In this document: positions 26,029-34,849 of the stretch, piece after piece
Layout: the number at the start of each line of letters is the position of its first letter
Numbering within the stretch: position 1 is the first letter of the stretch
From: a virus
Taxonomy: Duplodnaviria > Caudoviricetes
Length of the DNA: 61,465 nucleotides
Strand: one strand, 5' to 3'
IMG/VR virus record: IMGVR_UViG_3300019889_000016
Coordinates: 1-61,465 of that record
Position numbers and translations under genes: made by a program
The notes under the pieces: model-generated
What the model saw: only the letters and a program-made list of their open reading frames with translations
Databases searched by the model: none
Told to the model about the DNA's origin: nothing

Positions 26029-26517
26029 CTACGGGGTGTCGGGGGTGACCTCGGTCGGGTCGCTGGCCTCGATGGTGAACCGCTCGGCCAGACCGGAGAC
26101 CACGACGATCTGCAGATCACCGGACACGGCCAGGCCACCACCGGTCGCCTCGGCGTGGACGTTGGCGGTGCCGAGCACCCCAACCGCGGCGGCCACGGCC
26201 GTGCCGTCGCCGTTGTCGGTGAGGTTGATGACCGTCGGGTCGTCGACGGTGTAGACGACCGCGGCGTCGACCGGAGCGGCGACGGGGTTGCCCATCTCGT
26301 CGGTCCACTGCCCGGAGAGCGTGACTTGCATGTCTGCGGCGAGATCCATGATCAGATCGACCTTCCCTGTGTGCTGGTGGTATGGCGGCCCGTTGACCAC
26401 CCGATCGGCTGGTGTGGTGGGCCTGGGCACGCTGGCATGGAGGACGAACCCCCGCCGCTGGTGCCCCTTGACGAGCAGCTCCAACGACAGCGTGACGTCA
26501 CCAAAGTCCAGCTTCAT
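26029..26517 (-). CDS. hypothetical beta-rich (Ig-like) protein
   Basis: DEMGNPV...YTVDDPTVINL...GTANV.AEA pattern. Confidence 0.55.
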   Translation of the reverse strand: MKLDFGDVTLSLELLVKGHQRRGFVLHASVPRPTTPADRVVNGPPYHQHTGKVDLIMDLAADMQVTLSGQWTDEMGNPVAAPVDAAVVYTVDDPTVINLTDNGDGTAVAAAVGVLGTANVHAEATGGGLAVSGDLQIVVVSGLAERFTIEASDPTEVTPDTP

Positions 26518-26540
26518 GCCCAGACCCTACCCGTGCCCGA

Positions 26541-27248
26541 TCAGGCGAACAGCACGCTGTGCCACGTCGCTGGGCCGGCCTTGCCGTCGACCCGGAGCGG
26601 CGGGTGCTTGCGCTGCCAGTCGACCACCACGTGGTTGGTGCCCGGCCCGAACCGACCGTCCACAGCGATGGCGTAGCCGCGAGCCTGCAGCGCCAACTGC
26701 CAGGTGCGCACCGCCTGCCCGGTGCTGCCCATACTCACGGCGCCGGGGTAGTCGAACGGCACGATCGGCCGACCGGCAGGAGCCGGCGGCGCCGGGGCCG
26801 CCCCGAGGAACGCACGCAGCCGGGCCGCGGTGGCACGGGCCTGGGCAGCGGTGCCCATGAACTCGAAGTGCATCGGGTCGGGCCACGAGAAGTCCCCGCC
26901 CCACCGGAACCCGTGCGCCTTCCACAGGTCGATCACCCGCCGGGGCAGGTTCGTGACCATCGGCAGCCCGCGCTTGCGGCGCGGGTTGACCGGGGCGTTG
27001 ACGTCGACGGCGGTGCCCCAGCTGTGGTTCGACGGGGTCGACGTATTGGCGATCGGGCGGCACGCGTAACCCCAAGTCCAATCGGGGCGGATGTCGTAGC
27101 CGGCCAGCTCGGTGAGATCCATGAGCATGGCCGTCAGGTCGGCCAGGTCGCGGTGGACCGGCAGCCGCAGGCCGTCGTGGCGCACCAGGGTGACGATGGG
27201 GCCGCGGTCGCAGTTGGGCCAGCCGGCACCGAACGAGCTATGCGCCAT
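26541..27248 (-). CDS. endolysin: M15-family Zn peptidase plus peptidoglycan-binding domain
   Basis: GYACR, SNHSWGTAVDVN, GFRWGG, DPMHFE; C-terminal GSTG.AV..WQ..L...VDGRFG...VDGKAGPATW. Confidence 0.9.
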   Translation of the reverse strand: MAHSSFGAGWPNCDRGPIVTLVRHDGLRLPVHRDLADLTAMLMDLTELAGYDIRPDWTWGYACRPIANTSTPSNHSWGTAVDVNAPVNPRRKRGLPMVTNLPRRVIDLWKAHGFRWGGDFSWPDPMHFEFMGTAAQARATAARLRAFLGAAPAPPAPAGRPIVPFDYPGAVSMGSTGQAVRTWQLALQARGYAIAVDGRFGPGTNHVVVDWQRKHPPLRVDGKAGPATWHSVLFA

Positions 27249-27477
27249 CGTCGTCGTCCTCCACTGCGGGCTCGGGCAGCCCGGCGAACGGGTCGTCGGC
27301 CTGCGGGAGGAACACATCGTCCGTCGATGACGTGTCAGACCGGGAGTCGCCACCGGTGCAGGTGGTGTCGCCCACCTCACCGTCAGGCATCGGGAACGCC
27401 GACGGCGCCGCGTCCTCCGGGTCGTACTCCTCGATGACCCACCGGGGCCGCTCGGTTGTGGGGGTGGAAGTGTCCAT
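27238..27477 (-). CDS. small acidic protein
   Basis: 79-aa acidic ORF overlapping the endolysin start; -10 TACGGT 7 nt upstream. Confidence 0.5.
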   Translation of the reverse strand: MDTSTPTTERPRWVIEEYDPEDAAPSAFPMPDGEVGDTTCTGGDSRSDTSSTDDVFLPQADDPFAGLPEPAVEDDDDGA

Positions 27478-27496
27478 GTCCCCCGACCGTAGCGCG

Positions 27497-27964
27497 CTAC
27501 GGGCTGTCGAGCACCGCCTGCGCCGTAGCCCGGTCGCACGTCGGCGGCGGGTAGGTGGCGATCAGGTCGGACACCTCCGCGTCGGAGAGATCGGCCGACG
27601 CTTCACCCAACCGGGAAAGCAGGTCGGTCAACACGCCGTAGACGACGTGGCTACGAACGCACGCACCGGCGTCTTCCTCCTCGTCCTCGCGTGCCTCGGC
27701 CGCGGCCAGATCCTCTAGACGCTGGGAGGTGCGCTCCAGGGCGCCGTCAGTGGCGGCCAGGTGCTCGTCGACGGCGTCCTGCCGGTCGTCTTTCCGGACG
27801 TCCTGGCAGGCGTCGTAGGTGAACACCAGCCCGAACGCCACCGCCATCAACACCAGCCACCGGACCCCGGCGTAGAGCTGTTCGATCGACCGGCGCGGCA
27901 CCTCGACCGTGCCGGACTCTCGTGGCGCGTCGACCACCTCGGATTCCCCGTCAGGGATCACCAC
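27497..27964 (-). CDS. membrane protein
   Basis: Single TM segment followed by a coiled coil with Cys residues. Confidence 0.6.
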   Translation of the reverse strand: MVIPDGESEVVDAPRESGTVEVPRRSIEQLYAGVRWLVLMAVAFGLVFTYDACQDVRKDDRQDAVDEHLAATDGALERTSQRLEDLAAAEAREDEEEDAGACVRSHVVYGVLTDLLSRLGEASADLSDAEVSDLIATYPPPTCDRATAQAVLDSP

Positions 27965-28053
27965 GGGCACCTCGTCAGCAGGCCGGTGATGAACCCGGCG
28001 ACCAGCAACAGCACTCCTACGGGGTATGCCCACCGCAGGTAGGCGTCACTCAT
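27958..28053 (-). CDS. tiny membrane peptide
   Basis: MSDAYLRWAYPVGVLLLVAGFITGLL; overlaps both neighbours. Confidence 0.4.
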   Translation of the reverse strand: MSDAYLRWAYPVGVLLLVAGFITGLLTRCPW

Positions 28054-28271
28054 CGGAGCAGGCCCTTGGCCTTGGCCGCCACATCGACCCCGACCGTGCC
28101 AAACAGCACCGCCAGGATGAACGCGAACGACGCCGCCCGCGCCCCCAACACGAACACCTCGGCCGATCCCCAGATGAGCGCCACGACGATGACCAGGTTC
28201 CGCAGCCATGGCGGCGGCGGGACGACCGAGTGCGGCACCGTGGGTGCCGGTGGAGTCTCCTGGTCTGTCAC
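28050..28271 (-). CDS. small two-TM protein (holin-like)
   Basis: Two hydrophobic helices and a basic C-terminus. Confidence 0.55.
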   Translation of the reverse strand: MTDQETPPAPTVPHSVVPPPPWLRNLVIVVALIWGSAEVFVLGARAASFAFILAVLFGTVGVDVAAKAKGLLR

Positions 28272-29365
28272 GTCGCACCAGCCGGCACCTTCGCACGTTG
28301 CGCCGTGACTGCTGCTTCCCACGCCTCGGCCCACCGCCAGGCGTTGCCTTCGATCGTGTGAAGTGCGGCCGCACTTCGTCCCGCCTCAGACATCTCCAAC
28401 CGGCGCCCCTCGTCGGCCACCAGAGCCCGCAGGATGGCCGCCCACTTCCGGGGCCGGTCGGCGGTCACGGTCCCGGCGCACTCGGTGGCCCACGCCTGGT
28501 AGTCGGCCGTCGGCGACGCCACGCACGGCACCCCGACCGCCGCGTACTCCAACGGCTTGAGCCGGGACTTGGCCTGGTTGAACGCCGTGTCAGCCAGCGG
28601 CGCGATCCCGATCCCGAACTGGGCGATGGATCGGGGCCACTCGTCGAGCCCGACCGGCCCCGATGACGGCGGGTCCTCGGCGAGCCCCAACGCGCGCCCG
28701 ACCCCGTCGGGTTGGCCGACGGTCTCGAACCGGCCACCCGCGGCGACCAGCTGCTGGACGGCGGCGCCGACCTGCTGCAGGTCATCCGGATGCGAGTGCA
28801 CGCTGCCACCCCACCCGACCAGGTCGCTGTCGACGTGTGGGACGTTCAGGTACCACTCGGGCACGTAGTTGGGGACCACCACCGCGTTGCCGTTCGACCC
28901 GTAGCGGGACGCCAGCTGCGGGGTCGTCACCGTGACCAGCCCGGCCGCGGCGCACGCCAGCGAAGCGTTGCGTGCGCTGTGCATGTTCTGCATCGGCATC
29001 CGAGGGTTGGCCGGGTGGGGAACGAACTTGGCGAGCGTCCGGAACGCCGGGTTGGACGGATGGATGCGGGCCAAGTCGTCGTCCATGTCGACGATCACAG
29101 CGACGCCCCGGGCACGGAGCATCGGCAGCGCCTGGTAGAGGAACCGGGTGGTGGGCCGCTGCAGCAGCACGGCGTCGGCGTCGGCGGGGAACGACTCGCC
29201 GTACACCCGCCCGCTGAAATCCATCTTCACCGACACCGACCGCGACTGCGGGTCGACCACGACCACATCCCACTCGGGGAACTGGGCGCCGACAGCTTCG
29301 GCGGGCCAGATCATCCGGTACGAGCCGCAGCCCCACTGGTCCCCCGGGTAGACGTAGATCTTCAC
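28268..29365 (-). CDS. GT-B glycosyltransferase
   Basis: GCGSYRM..P, DMDDD, VGWGGS..H..DL, IGIAPL....FN.AKS.LK.LEY...GVP.VASP. Confidence 0.88.
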   Translation of the reverse strand: MKIYVYPGDQWGCGSYRMIWPAEAVGAQFPEWDVVVVDPQSRSVSVKMDFSGRVYGESFPADADAVLLQRPTTRFLYQALPMLRARGVAVIVDMDDDLARIHPSNPAFRTLAKFVPHPANPRMPMQNMHSARNASLACAAAGLVTVTTPQLASRYGSNGNAVVVPNYVPEWYLNVPHVDSDLVGWGGSVHSHPDDLQQVGAAVQQLVAAGGRFETVGQPDGVGRALGLAEDPPSSGPVGLDEWPRSIAQFGIGIAPLADTAFNQAKSRLKPLEYAAVGVPCVASPTADYQAWATECAGTVTADRPRKWAAILRALVADEGRRLEMSEAGRSAAALHTIEGNAWRWAEAWEAAVTAQRAKVPAGAT

Positions 29366-29571
29366 GCAGCAGCCCGCAACGTCGCGAGCCGGGCCTGGGG
29401 CAGCACCGCCCAGCGGGCCTCGAACTCGTCGACCGACATCACCGCCGACGGCTGCGACGTGTCGGCGTACGAGAAGTCCACCGTGCCACCGACGATGACC
29501 CCGTGACCCACCACGTTGCCGTTCTCGTCGACGACCTCGAACATGCCGTCATCGTTGGTCGGGATCGTCAC
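29362..29571 (-). CDS. small hypothetical protein
   Basis: AGGAGG RBS; coupled. Confidence 0.55.
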   Translation of the reverse strand: MTIPTNDDGMFEVVDENGNVVGHGVIVGGTVDFSYADTSQPSAVMSVDEFEARWAVLPQARLATLRAAA

Positions 29572-30176
29572 GGTGCCTCCTGGGGCTTGCGGGCCAGGGC
29601 CTCGACGTTCAGCCACGCCTCCGCTGCAGGATTCCACCTGGTGACCTCGGCGGGCGGGATGATCTTCGCCGGGTACATGTAGCCGACGTGCAGCACGTCG
29701 AGCCCGGCGTCTTCCATGATCACCCGCAGCGCCCCAGTGGAGAACCGAAAGAAGTCGCTGGGGTAGCCGTGGATCGGGAACGTCTGGTGGGTCTGCACGT
29801 ACACCAGGCCCCCAGGCCGGACGACGGCGGCGGCGGCCTGCATGGCCACCCACGGGCGTTCCAGGTGCTCGAACAGGGAGCAGGCCACGTAGGCGTCGAA
29901 CAGGGTGCCCAGCCCATCGGTGTCGGGCCGGATCATGGTCAGGTGGTGGGCGTCGTCCACGATGTCGACGTCCTGGCCTGGGTAGGCGTCGACCTTGGTC
30001 CACTCGCCATGGGGCGCCCACGCCGTGTGGTGCGTCGGGTTGGCCGGCTCCTGACGCAGGGTGCCCACCTCGATGATCTTCGGCTCGAACAGGGTGGCCA
30101 GCCACGACACCAGGCGGCTGGCGCCGTCGGCCTGACCCCGCCCGATGTGGGCGGGGTCCAGGTCGGGGTCGGTCAT
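29568..30176 (-). CDS. class I SAM-dependent methyltransferase
   Basis: IIEVG, VD...G.DVDIV.DAH, FD.....FEHL..PW, RPGG, HGYPSDFFRF. Confidence 0.85.
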   Translation of the reverse strand: MTDPDLDPAHIGRGQADGASRLVSWLATLFEPKIIEVGTLRQEPANPTHHTAWAPHGEWTKVDAYPGQDVDIVDDAHHLTMIRPDTDGLGTLFDAYVACSLFEHLERPWVAMQAAAAVVRPGGLVYVQTHQTFPIHGYPSDFFRFSTGALRVIMEDAGLDVLHVGYMYPAKIIPPAEVTRWNPAAEAWLNVEALARKPQEAP

Positions 30177-30694
30177 CCCCAGTTGGCGCCGGGGCGGGCA
30201 GCCTCGGCCACCTCGAACAGGTCGCCCTGCGGGACCACCAGGCCGCCGCGCACGGCCTCCACCTGGGTGCGCAGCGCCCTCTGGAGCCGACGGTTGTTGT
30301 CGAGCTGCTCGGCGGCCTCATCGGCATCAGGCCAGTCGGCGTACCGCTCCGACAGCGTCGCGACGATGTCTTCCCACGGCCGGTCGATGAGCACGAACCG
30401 CACCTCGACCCCGGCGTCGAGCGCCGGGCGCCACATGTTCGACTGGATCAGCGCGAACGGCCACACGATGCCGGTGACCACGTGGTGCTCGGCGAGGCCA
30501 TCGCTGGCCAGGTTGGTGACGTGGTGCAGGAACTCGGCGGCCCGCCACTGGAGCCACGACACGTCAGCGGCCGGCGGCGGCCCATCGGCCACGTCGTCCA
30601 GCTCCGCGACGAACGCCTGCCCGCCTTCGATCAGCTGGTCGTGGAGGGTCGTCTTGCCGGAGCCCGAGGCCCCGGTCACGTAGGTGATGCGCAT
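30173..30694 (-). CDS. P-loop kinase (NMP-kinase-like)
   Basis: N-terminal YVTGASGSGKTT and a kinase-like lid (L..R). Confidence 0.7.
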   Translation of the reverse strand: MRITYVTGASGSGKTTLHDQLIEGGQAFVAELDDVADGPPPAADVSWLQWRAAEFLHHVTNLASDGLAEHHVVTGIVWPFALIQSNMWRPALDAGVEVRFVLIDRPWEDIVATLSERYADWPDADEAAEQLDNNRRLQRALRTQVEAVRGGLVVPQGDLFEVAEAARPGANWG

Positions 30695-30775
30695 CGCGGT
30701 CACGCTACCTGCCGGGGCCTCGGGGCGGGAACCGATCAGCCGTCTCGCTGGCCTCCAGCGTTACCTCGGCCCTCA

Positions 30776-31654
30776 TCAGCGGACCGGCTGGTCGGTGATG
30801 ATCGGCCAGTACCAGCCGCCCGCCGGGTGCTGCACCGGCGGCATCGGGAAGTCCGGCCGGTGGTCGATCCCGGAGAAATGCGCGATCAGCGACGGCCGGT
30901 AGGCGTTCGGCACCAGCGGCGTCGAACCCCGGTGGTACAGCCGCGGGTGCCAGATCAACACGTCACCGGCGGCTGCCGCGTAGTCGACCACCGGCGCGTT
31001 GCGGGCGTCGATCTCGGCCTCGACCAGGTCCGTCAGGATGGCCTCCGTGTGGGCGGGCCACGCCGGGTCGTTGACGTCGACATAGCGGCGCACCTTCTCG
31101 AACGTGAGCCGGTGCCACAGGTGCGACCCGGGCACGTACTGGAACACCCCCGACGACGGGTGCACGTCCCCCAGAGCGATCCACACGGCGGCGTAGTGGT
31201 CACCGGTGATCGCCGGGTTGAGGTAGCCGTCCTGGTGCCAGTTCCGCCGGGTCGACGTCCACCCGGTCAGGTTCAGGTGCAGTCCCATCGCCTCGCCTAC
31301 GAGCTTCTCCAGCTCGGTGGCCAGCTCCCCGGACATGCACAGCTCCAACAGCGCCGGAGTCCGCATGTAGGGGCAGGCGTCGGGCCAGCCGCCCGGCTGG
31401 TCGGCGTCGACGACGTAGAGGCCTTCGGGGTTGCCGCGGCCCGTGATCCACGTGCCATCGCCACCTTCGGGGGCCATGTCGTCGGTGGCCGGGTGGAACT
31501 GCCGGAACCCGTTGCCGGCGGTCCACGCGTCCTCGTAGGCGGCGATCAGGTCGCCGGGGATCAGCTCGGGGAGATGGACGATGCCTTCGTCGTTCCAGTC
31601 GGCTGGCGACCGGTCGGGGGGCGGGTCAGATAGGTCCGTCAGGGTGATTGCCAT
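30776..31654 (-). CDS. PhyH-family Fe(II)/2-oxoglutarate dioxygenase
   Basis: WHQD, VWIALGDV..SSG...YVPGSH, GDVLIWH..LYHRG, R. Confidence 0.88.
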   Translation of the reverse strand: MAITLTDLSDPPPDRSPADWNDEGIVHLPELIPGDLIAAYEDAWTAGNGFRQFHPATDDMAPEGGDGTWITGRGNPEGLYVVDADQPGGWPDACPYMRTPALLELCMSGELATELEKLVGEAMGLHLNLTGWTSTRRNWHQDGYLNPAITGDHYAAVWIALGDVHPSSGVFQYVPGSHLWHRLTFEKVRRYVDVNDPAWPAHTEAILTDLVEAEIDARNAPVVDYAAAAGDVLIWHPRLYHRGSTPLVPNAYRPSLIAHFSGIDHRPDFPMPPVQHPAGGWYWPIITDQPVR

Positions 31655-31685
31655 GAGCGGACGTTAGCGCGCTACCGGAACCGCG

Positions 31686-33383
31686 CTACAGCTCGTCGAT
31701 GGTGAGGGGGCCGAGCTGCATGCGCGCCGTCTGCCCTGGCGTGTTGATCCCGACGTGAGCGAACAGGACGCCGCCGTACCCGTAGCCGGTGTGCCCCCAC
31801 CCGCCGGTATCGGTCCACGTGAAACCCCAGTCGGGGTCCCCCATCGGCGGCGGGTCCATGCCGATCGGGTAGAACCGGCCGCGCATGGTGTCGCCCACGA
31901 TGTCGGTGTCGGCGTTGTGCGGGAAGCAACTAGCGAAGTCGGCCCACGATCCGGGGCCACCGGAAGTGACGTCGGCGCCGGCCTGGGTGTACTGCAGGTG
32001 GTTGGCGTCGATGCGGGCCACCAACCCGGTGAAGTCCCCGAGGGGACCGGCCATCTCGATGTCGATGAGCGCCGATCGGTAGGCACGGTCGGCGTCGTCC
32101 TGCAGCACGGTGAGGGTGACCACGTTGCCGGACCGTTCGGACGCCAGCACCTGTCCCCCGGCCGACAGCCGCAGCCCAGGAATCACGCTGTTCGTCAGGC
32201 CGAGCAGGGCCGGTGGGCCGACCTCGCCGAGGGTGCCAGCCCACACAGCCCGGTTGATGATCCACGGGATCGCGAAGAAGATGTTCGACCACGCCATGTA
32301 CGCCAGGTAGGCGCCGGTGTCGGGGTCCACGAACGCTCGCAGCGGGTTGCCGTGCTGGCCGACCAGCAGCCCGCCGTCGCCGTTGTGCCACACGTTCTTG
32401 ACCGACATGTCGGGGGCCTGGACTTCGGGCAGCAGGTACATGAACCGCTCGTTGGACTCCGAGCCGGACAGGCGCACGAACTCGCCGCGGCGGCCACCGG
32501 GGGCGACGACGGTGCGGCGGGTGTTGACGTTGCGGGCCGTGGGGTCGGCGGGCACCGTCAAGGTCAGCGACTGGAACCGGTCCCAGTCGCGTTCGTCCCA
32601 CCCGACGTAGGCGCGGTCCTTGTCCCGGATCGTGGCCAGCGTGAACACCGCCACCTGGTCGGCCGGCACGAGATGGCGGTCGGCCTGGGTGCCGGTGAAC
32701 TCGACGGCGGTCGCTCCGACCAACTCGGCGAACGCCTGGACGTCGGCGGCGGCGATCTGCGTGTCGGCGTCGCCGTACCACAGCTTGATCTTGTGCCCGA
32801 ACGGGCGGATGGCGTCGAGGTTCTGCATCGGGTCGATGTCGGGCAGCGCCGCGGTCCACGCCGCGCCTGACCCCCAGTCGGCGTTGATGGCGGCCTGGAG
32901 CCCCGGGTTGGAATCGTAGAACGCTTCGGCGTCGACGATGGGACCGACCAACGCCACGGACGCCACCTTGCCCGGGTTGCGCCACGCCCAGTTCAGAGCG
33001 TTGAGGTGCCCATCCCGAAACGCCAGGATGGCGACCTTGTCGGCGCGGGTGTCGATCCACACCTGGCCGGCAGCCCAGTCCAGGGCATCGTCGACGTGCC
33101 CCCCGGCGTCCACGACGTCGGGGGTGGCCCACTGGCTCATGCCACCGAGCGACGGTGCCAGCAGCGGGTAGCCGGGGCTGGTCGCTGCGGAGAACACGCC
33201 ATCGAACGCGCCGTCCAAGTCGGTGACCGCGTCGTGCAGGTAGTCGTGGAAGAACAGGATCGGCAGCCGACCCTGGGGGCGTTGCAGACGTTCGACGTGC
33301 AGGGCGAGCTGCTCGCCCACGACGAAGCTGTCGCCGGTGTAGCGGGTCCACCGGGTGAACCCCAGCGGCGGGACGACGTTCAC
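31686..33383 (-). CDS. minor tail protein with alpha/beta-hydrolase-like N-domain
   Basis: Last gene of the tail module; hydrolase-fold topology followed by a beta-rich domain. Confidence 0.6.
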   Translation of the reverse strand: MNVVPPLGFTRWTRYTGDSFVVGEQLALHVERLQRPQGRLPILFFHDYLHDAVTDLDGAFDGVFSAATSPGYPLLAPSLGGMSQWATPDVVDAGGHVDDALDWAAGQVWIDTRADKVAILAFRDGHLNALNWAWRNPGKVASVALVGPIVDAEAFYDSNPGLQAAINADWGSGAAWTAALPDIDPMQNLDAIRPFGHKIKLWYGDADTQIAAADVQAFAELVGATAVEFTGTQADRHLVPADQVAVFTLATIRDKDRAYVGWDERDWDRFQSLTLTVPADPTARNVNTRRTVVAPGGRRGEFVRLSGSESNERFMYLLPEVQAPDMSVKNVWHNGDGGLLVGQHGNPLRAFVDPDTGAYLAYMAWSNIFFAIPWIINRAVWAGTLGEVGPPALLGLTNSVIPGLRLSAGGQVLASERSGNVVTLTVLQDDADRAYRSALIDIEMAGPLGDFTGLVARIDANHLQYTQAGADVTSGGPGSWADFASCFPHNADTDIVGDTMRGRFYPIGMDPPPMGDPDWGFTWTDTGGWGHTGYGYGGVLFAHVGINTPGQTARMQLGPLTIDEL

Positions 33384-34189
33384 GCCGCGACGGCCCGGAT
33401 CGACGCCAGGCCCAGCACGCTGGCCGACACCCGCGCGGTGAAGTTGCCACCCACCCCGGTGCCGGCGATCACGTAGTCGCCGGGACTGTGCGCGGCCAGC
33501 CGGGCGAACGGGTCGACGGTGCGGGCCGTGGTGGTGTCCATGTCCGGCACCGGGACGCCGTCGAGCGCCGCGAAGATGCCGAGCTGGGCCTGGGGGTAGA
33601 TGCCGAACGACGCCTCCGCTGGACCACCCGGCGGCTGGATCGCGGGGACGTGGCCGTGCAGGTAGATGGGCCGCGCCAGGTCCGGAACGGTGATCAGCAG
33701 CCCGGGCACGGCGGCGGTGACGAACCCACCGCTGGTGCCGGTGACGGTGACGGTGCTGCTGATCGACGCGAACGCCACCTCGATCCCGCCGCCGTGTAGG
33801 GCCAGGTCGCTGGCGTGGGCGCTGAGCGCCGAGGGAGTGATGGTGCCCAACGGGTCGTCCTCCACGGTGAAAGCCTCGAACGGGCCGCCGGTGACCGGCA
33901 CGGTGACGAAGCTGACGAACAGGCCGCACTCGGGGACGCGGCGCTCGATGCGGTAGGTGGTGTTCTCCGGGAAGATGTCGCTGTTGGGGACCAGGTCCAA
34001 CGACCACACCCCGGCGTTGCTGATGCCGTTCCCGGTGCTGAGCAACGTCTCACCGACGATGGCCCGGCCGGTCGACACAGTCTTGCCCAGCACGGGACGG
34101 CCCTGGGCGCCGGCCAGCCGGACACGCACCTCGGCGGGCCACGGCGTCGACGTGTCGGGCAGGTCCAGATCCTCGTAGATGACCGTCAC
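33380..34189 (-). CDS. minor tail protein
   Basis: Position in the module; beta-rich, GVWSLDLVPN. Confidence 0.65.
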   Translation of the reverse strand: MTVIYEDLDLPDTSTPWPAEVRVRLAGAQGRPVLGKTVSTGRAIVGETLLSTGNGISNAGVWSLDLVPNSDIFPENTTYRIERRVPECGLFVSFVTVPVTGGPFEAFTVEDDPLGTITPSALSAHASDLALHGGGIEVAFASISSTVTVTGTSGGFVTAAVPGLLITVPDLARPIYLHGHVPAIQPPGGPAEASFGIYPQAQLGIFAALDGVPVPDMDTTTARTVDPFARLAAHSPGDYVIAGTGVGGNFTARVSASVLGLASIRAVAA

Positions 34190-34198
34190 CGCGTGCTC

Positions 34199-34849
34199 CT
34201 AGTCGGTCTGCTGGATGCGGGCAAGGTAGCTGACCCCGTCGAGGATGATGTCGGCCCCACCGGAGCTAGCCAGTACCCCGGTGGCCCGGTCGATGGTGAA
34301 GACGGTGACCGCGCCGAACGCCCCAACGCAGGGGATCGTCAGATCGTTGTCAGGCCAGTAGGGCTCCGGCAGCGTGAAGATCGGGTTGAGCGCACCCGAT
34401 GCCCGATGCGCCCACCCCCGCAGCTCCACCCGCCCGGACCGCATCGTGAACATGACCTGGGCGTTGCCGTTCTGACCGGGGGGCACGGTGCCAGCGGTGT
34501 GCCCCCACGTGCCGGTGAACTGGGGTTCGGCGTCATTGCCGACGATGTGCCAGTCCTCGCAGTCCCCCGACCGGCGCCCCAACACGAAGCACCCCGGGCT
34601 GGACCCGGCGTACATCAGCAGCACCCGGTCACCGGGCCGCAGCGTCACCGGCGCGGCGATGGACGCTCCGTGGGTGTCGCCCAGGGGACCCTCGGGGCCG
34701 TCGGGCCGCACCAGCGCGGTGGTGTTCGTCGGGTCGACCGACACCACGACACCGGGCACCGCCACCAGGCCGGCCTCGATGGCGGCGTCGCGGCCGGCCT
34801 GCGTCGCGGCGTTGACCGCTTCGAGCAGCAGGTCACGTTCGACGCTCAT
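34199..34849 (-). CDS. minor tail protein
   Basis: OB-like PGVVVSV...PGDRVLL...VLGR followed by a G.VELRG..IFTLP..YWP fibre-tip motif. Confidence 0.7.
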   Translation of the reverse strand: MSVERDLLLEAVNAATQAGRDAAIEAGLVAVPGVVVSVDPTNTTALVRPDGPEGPLGDTHGASIAAPVTLRPGDRVLLMYAGSSPGCFVLGRRSGDCEDWHIVGNDAEPQFTGTWGHTAGTVPPGQNGNAQVMFTMRSGRVELRGWAHRASGALNPIFTLPEPYWPDNDLTIPCVGAFGAVTVFTIDRATGVLASSGGADIILDGVSYLARIQQTD

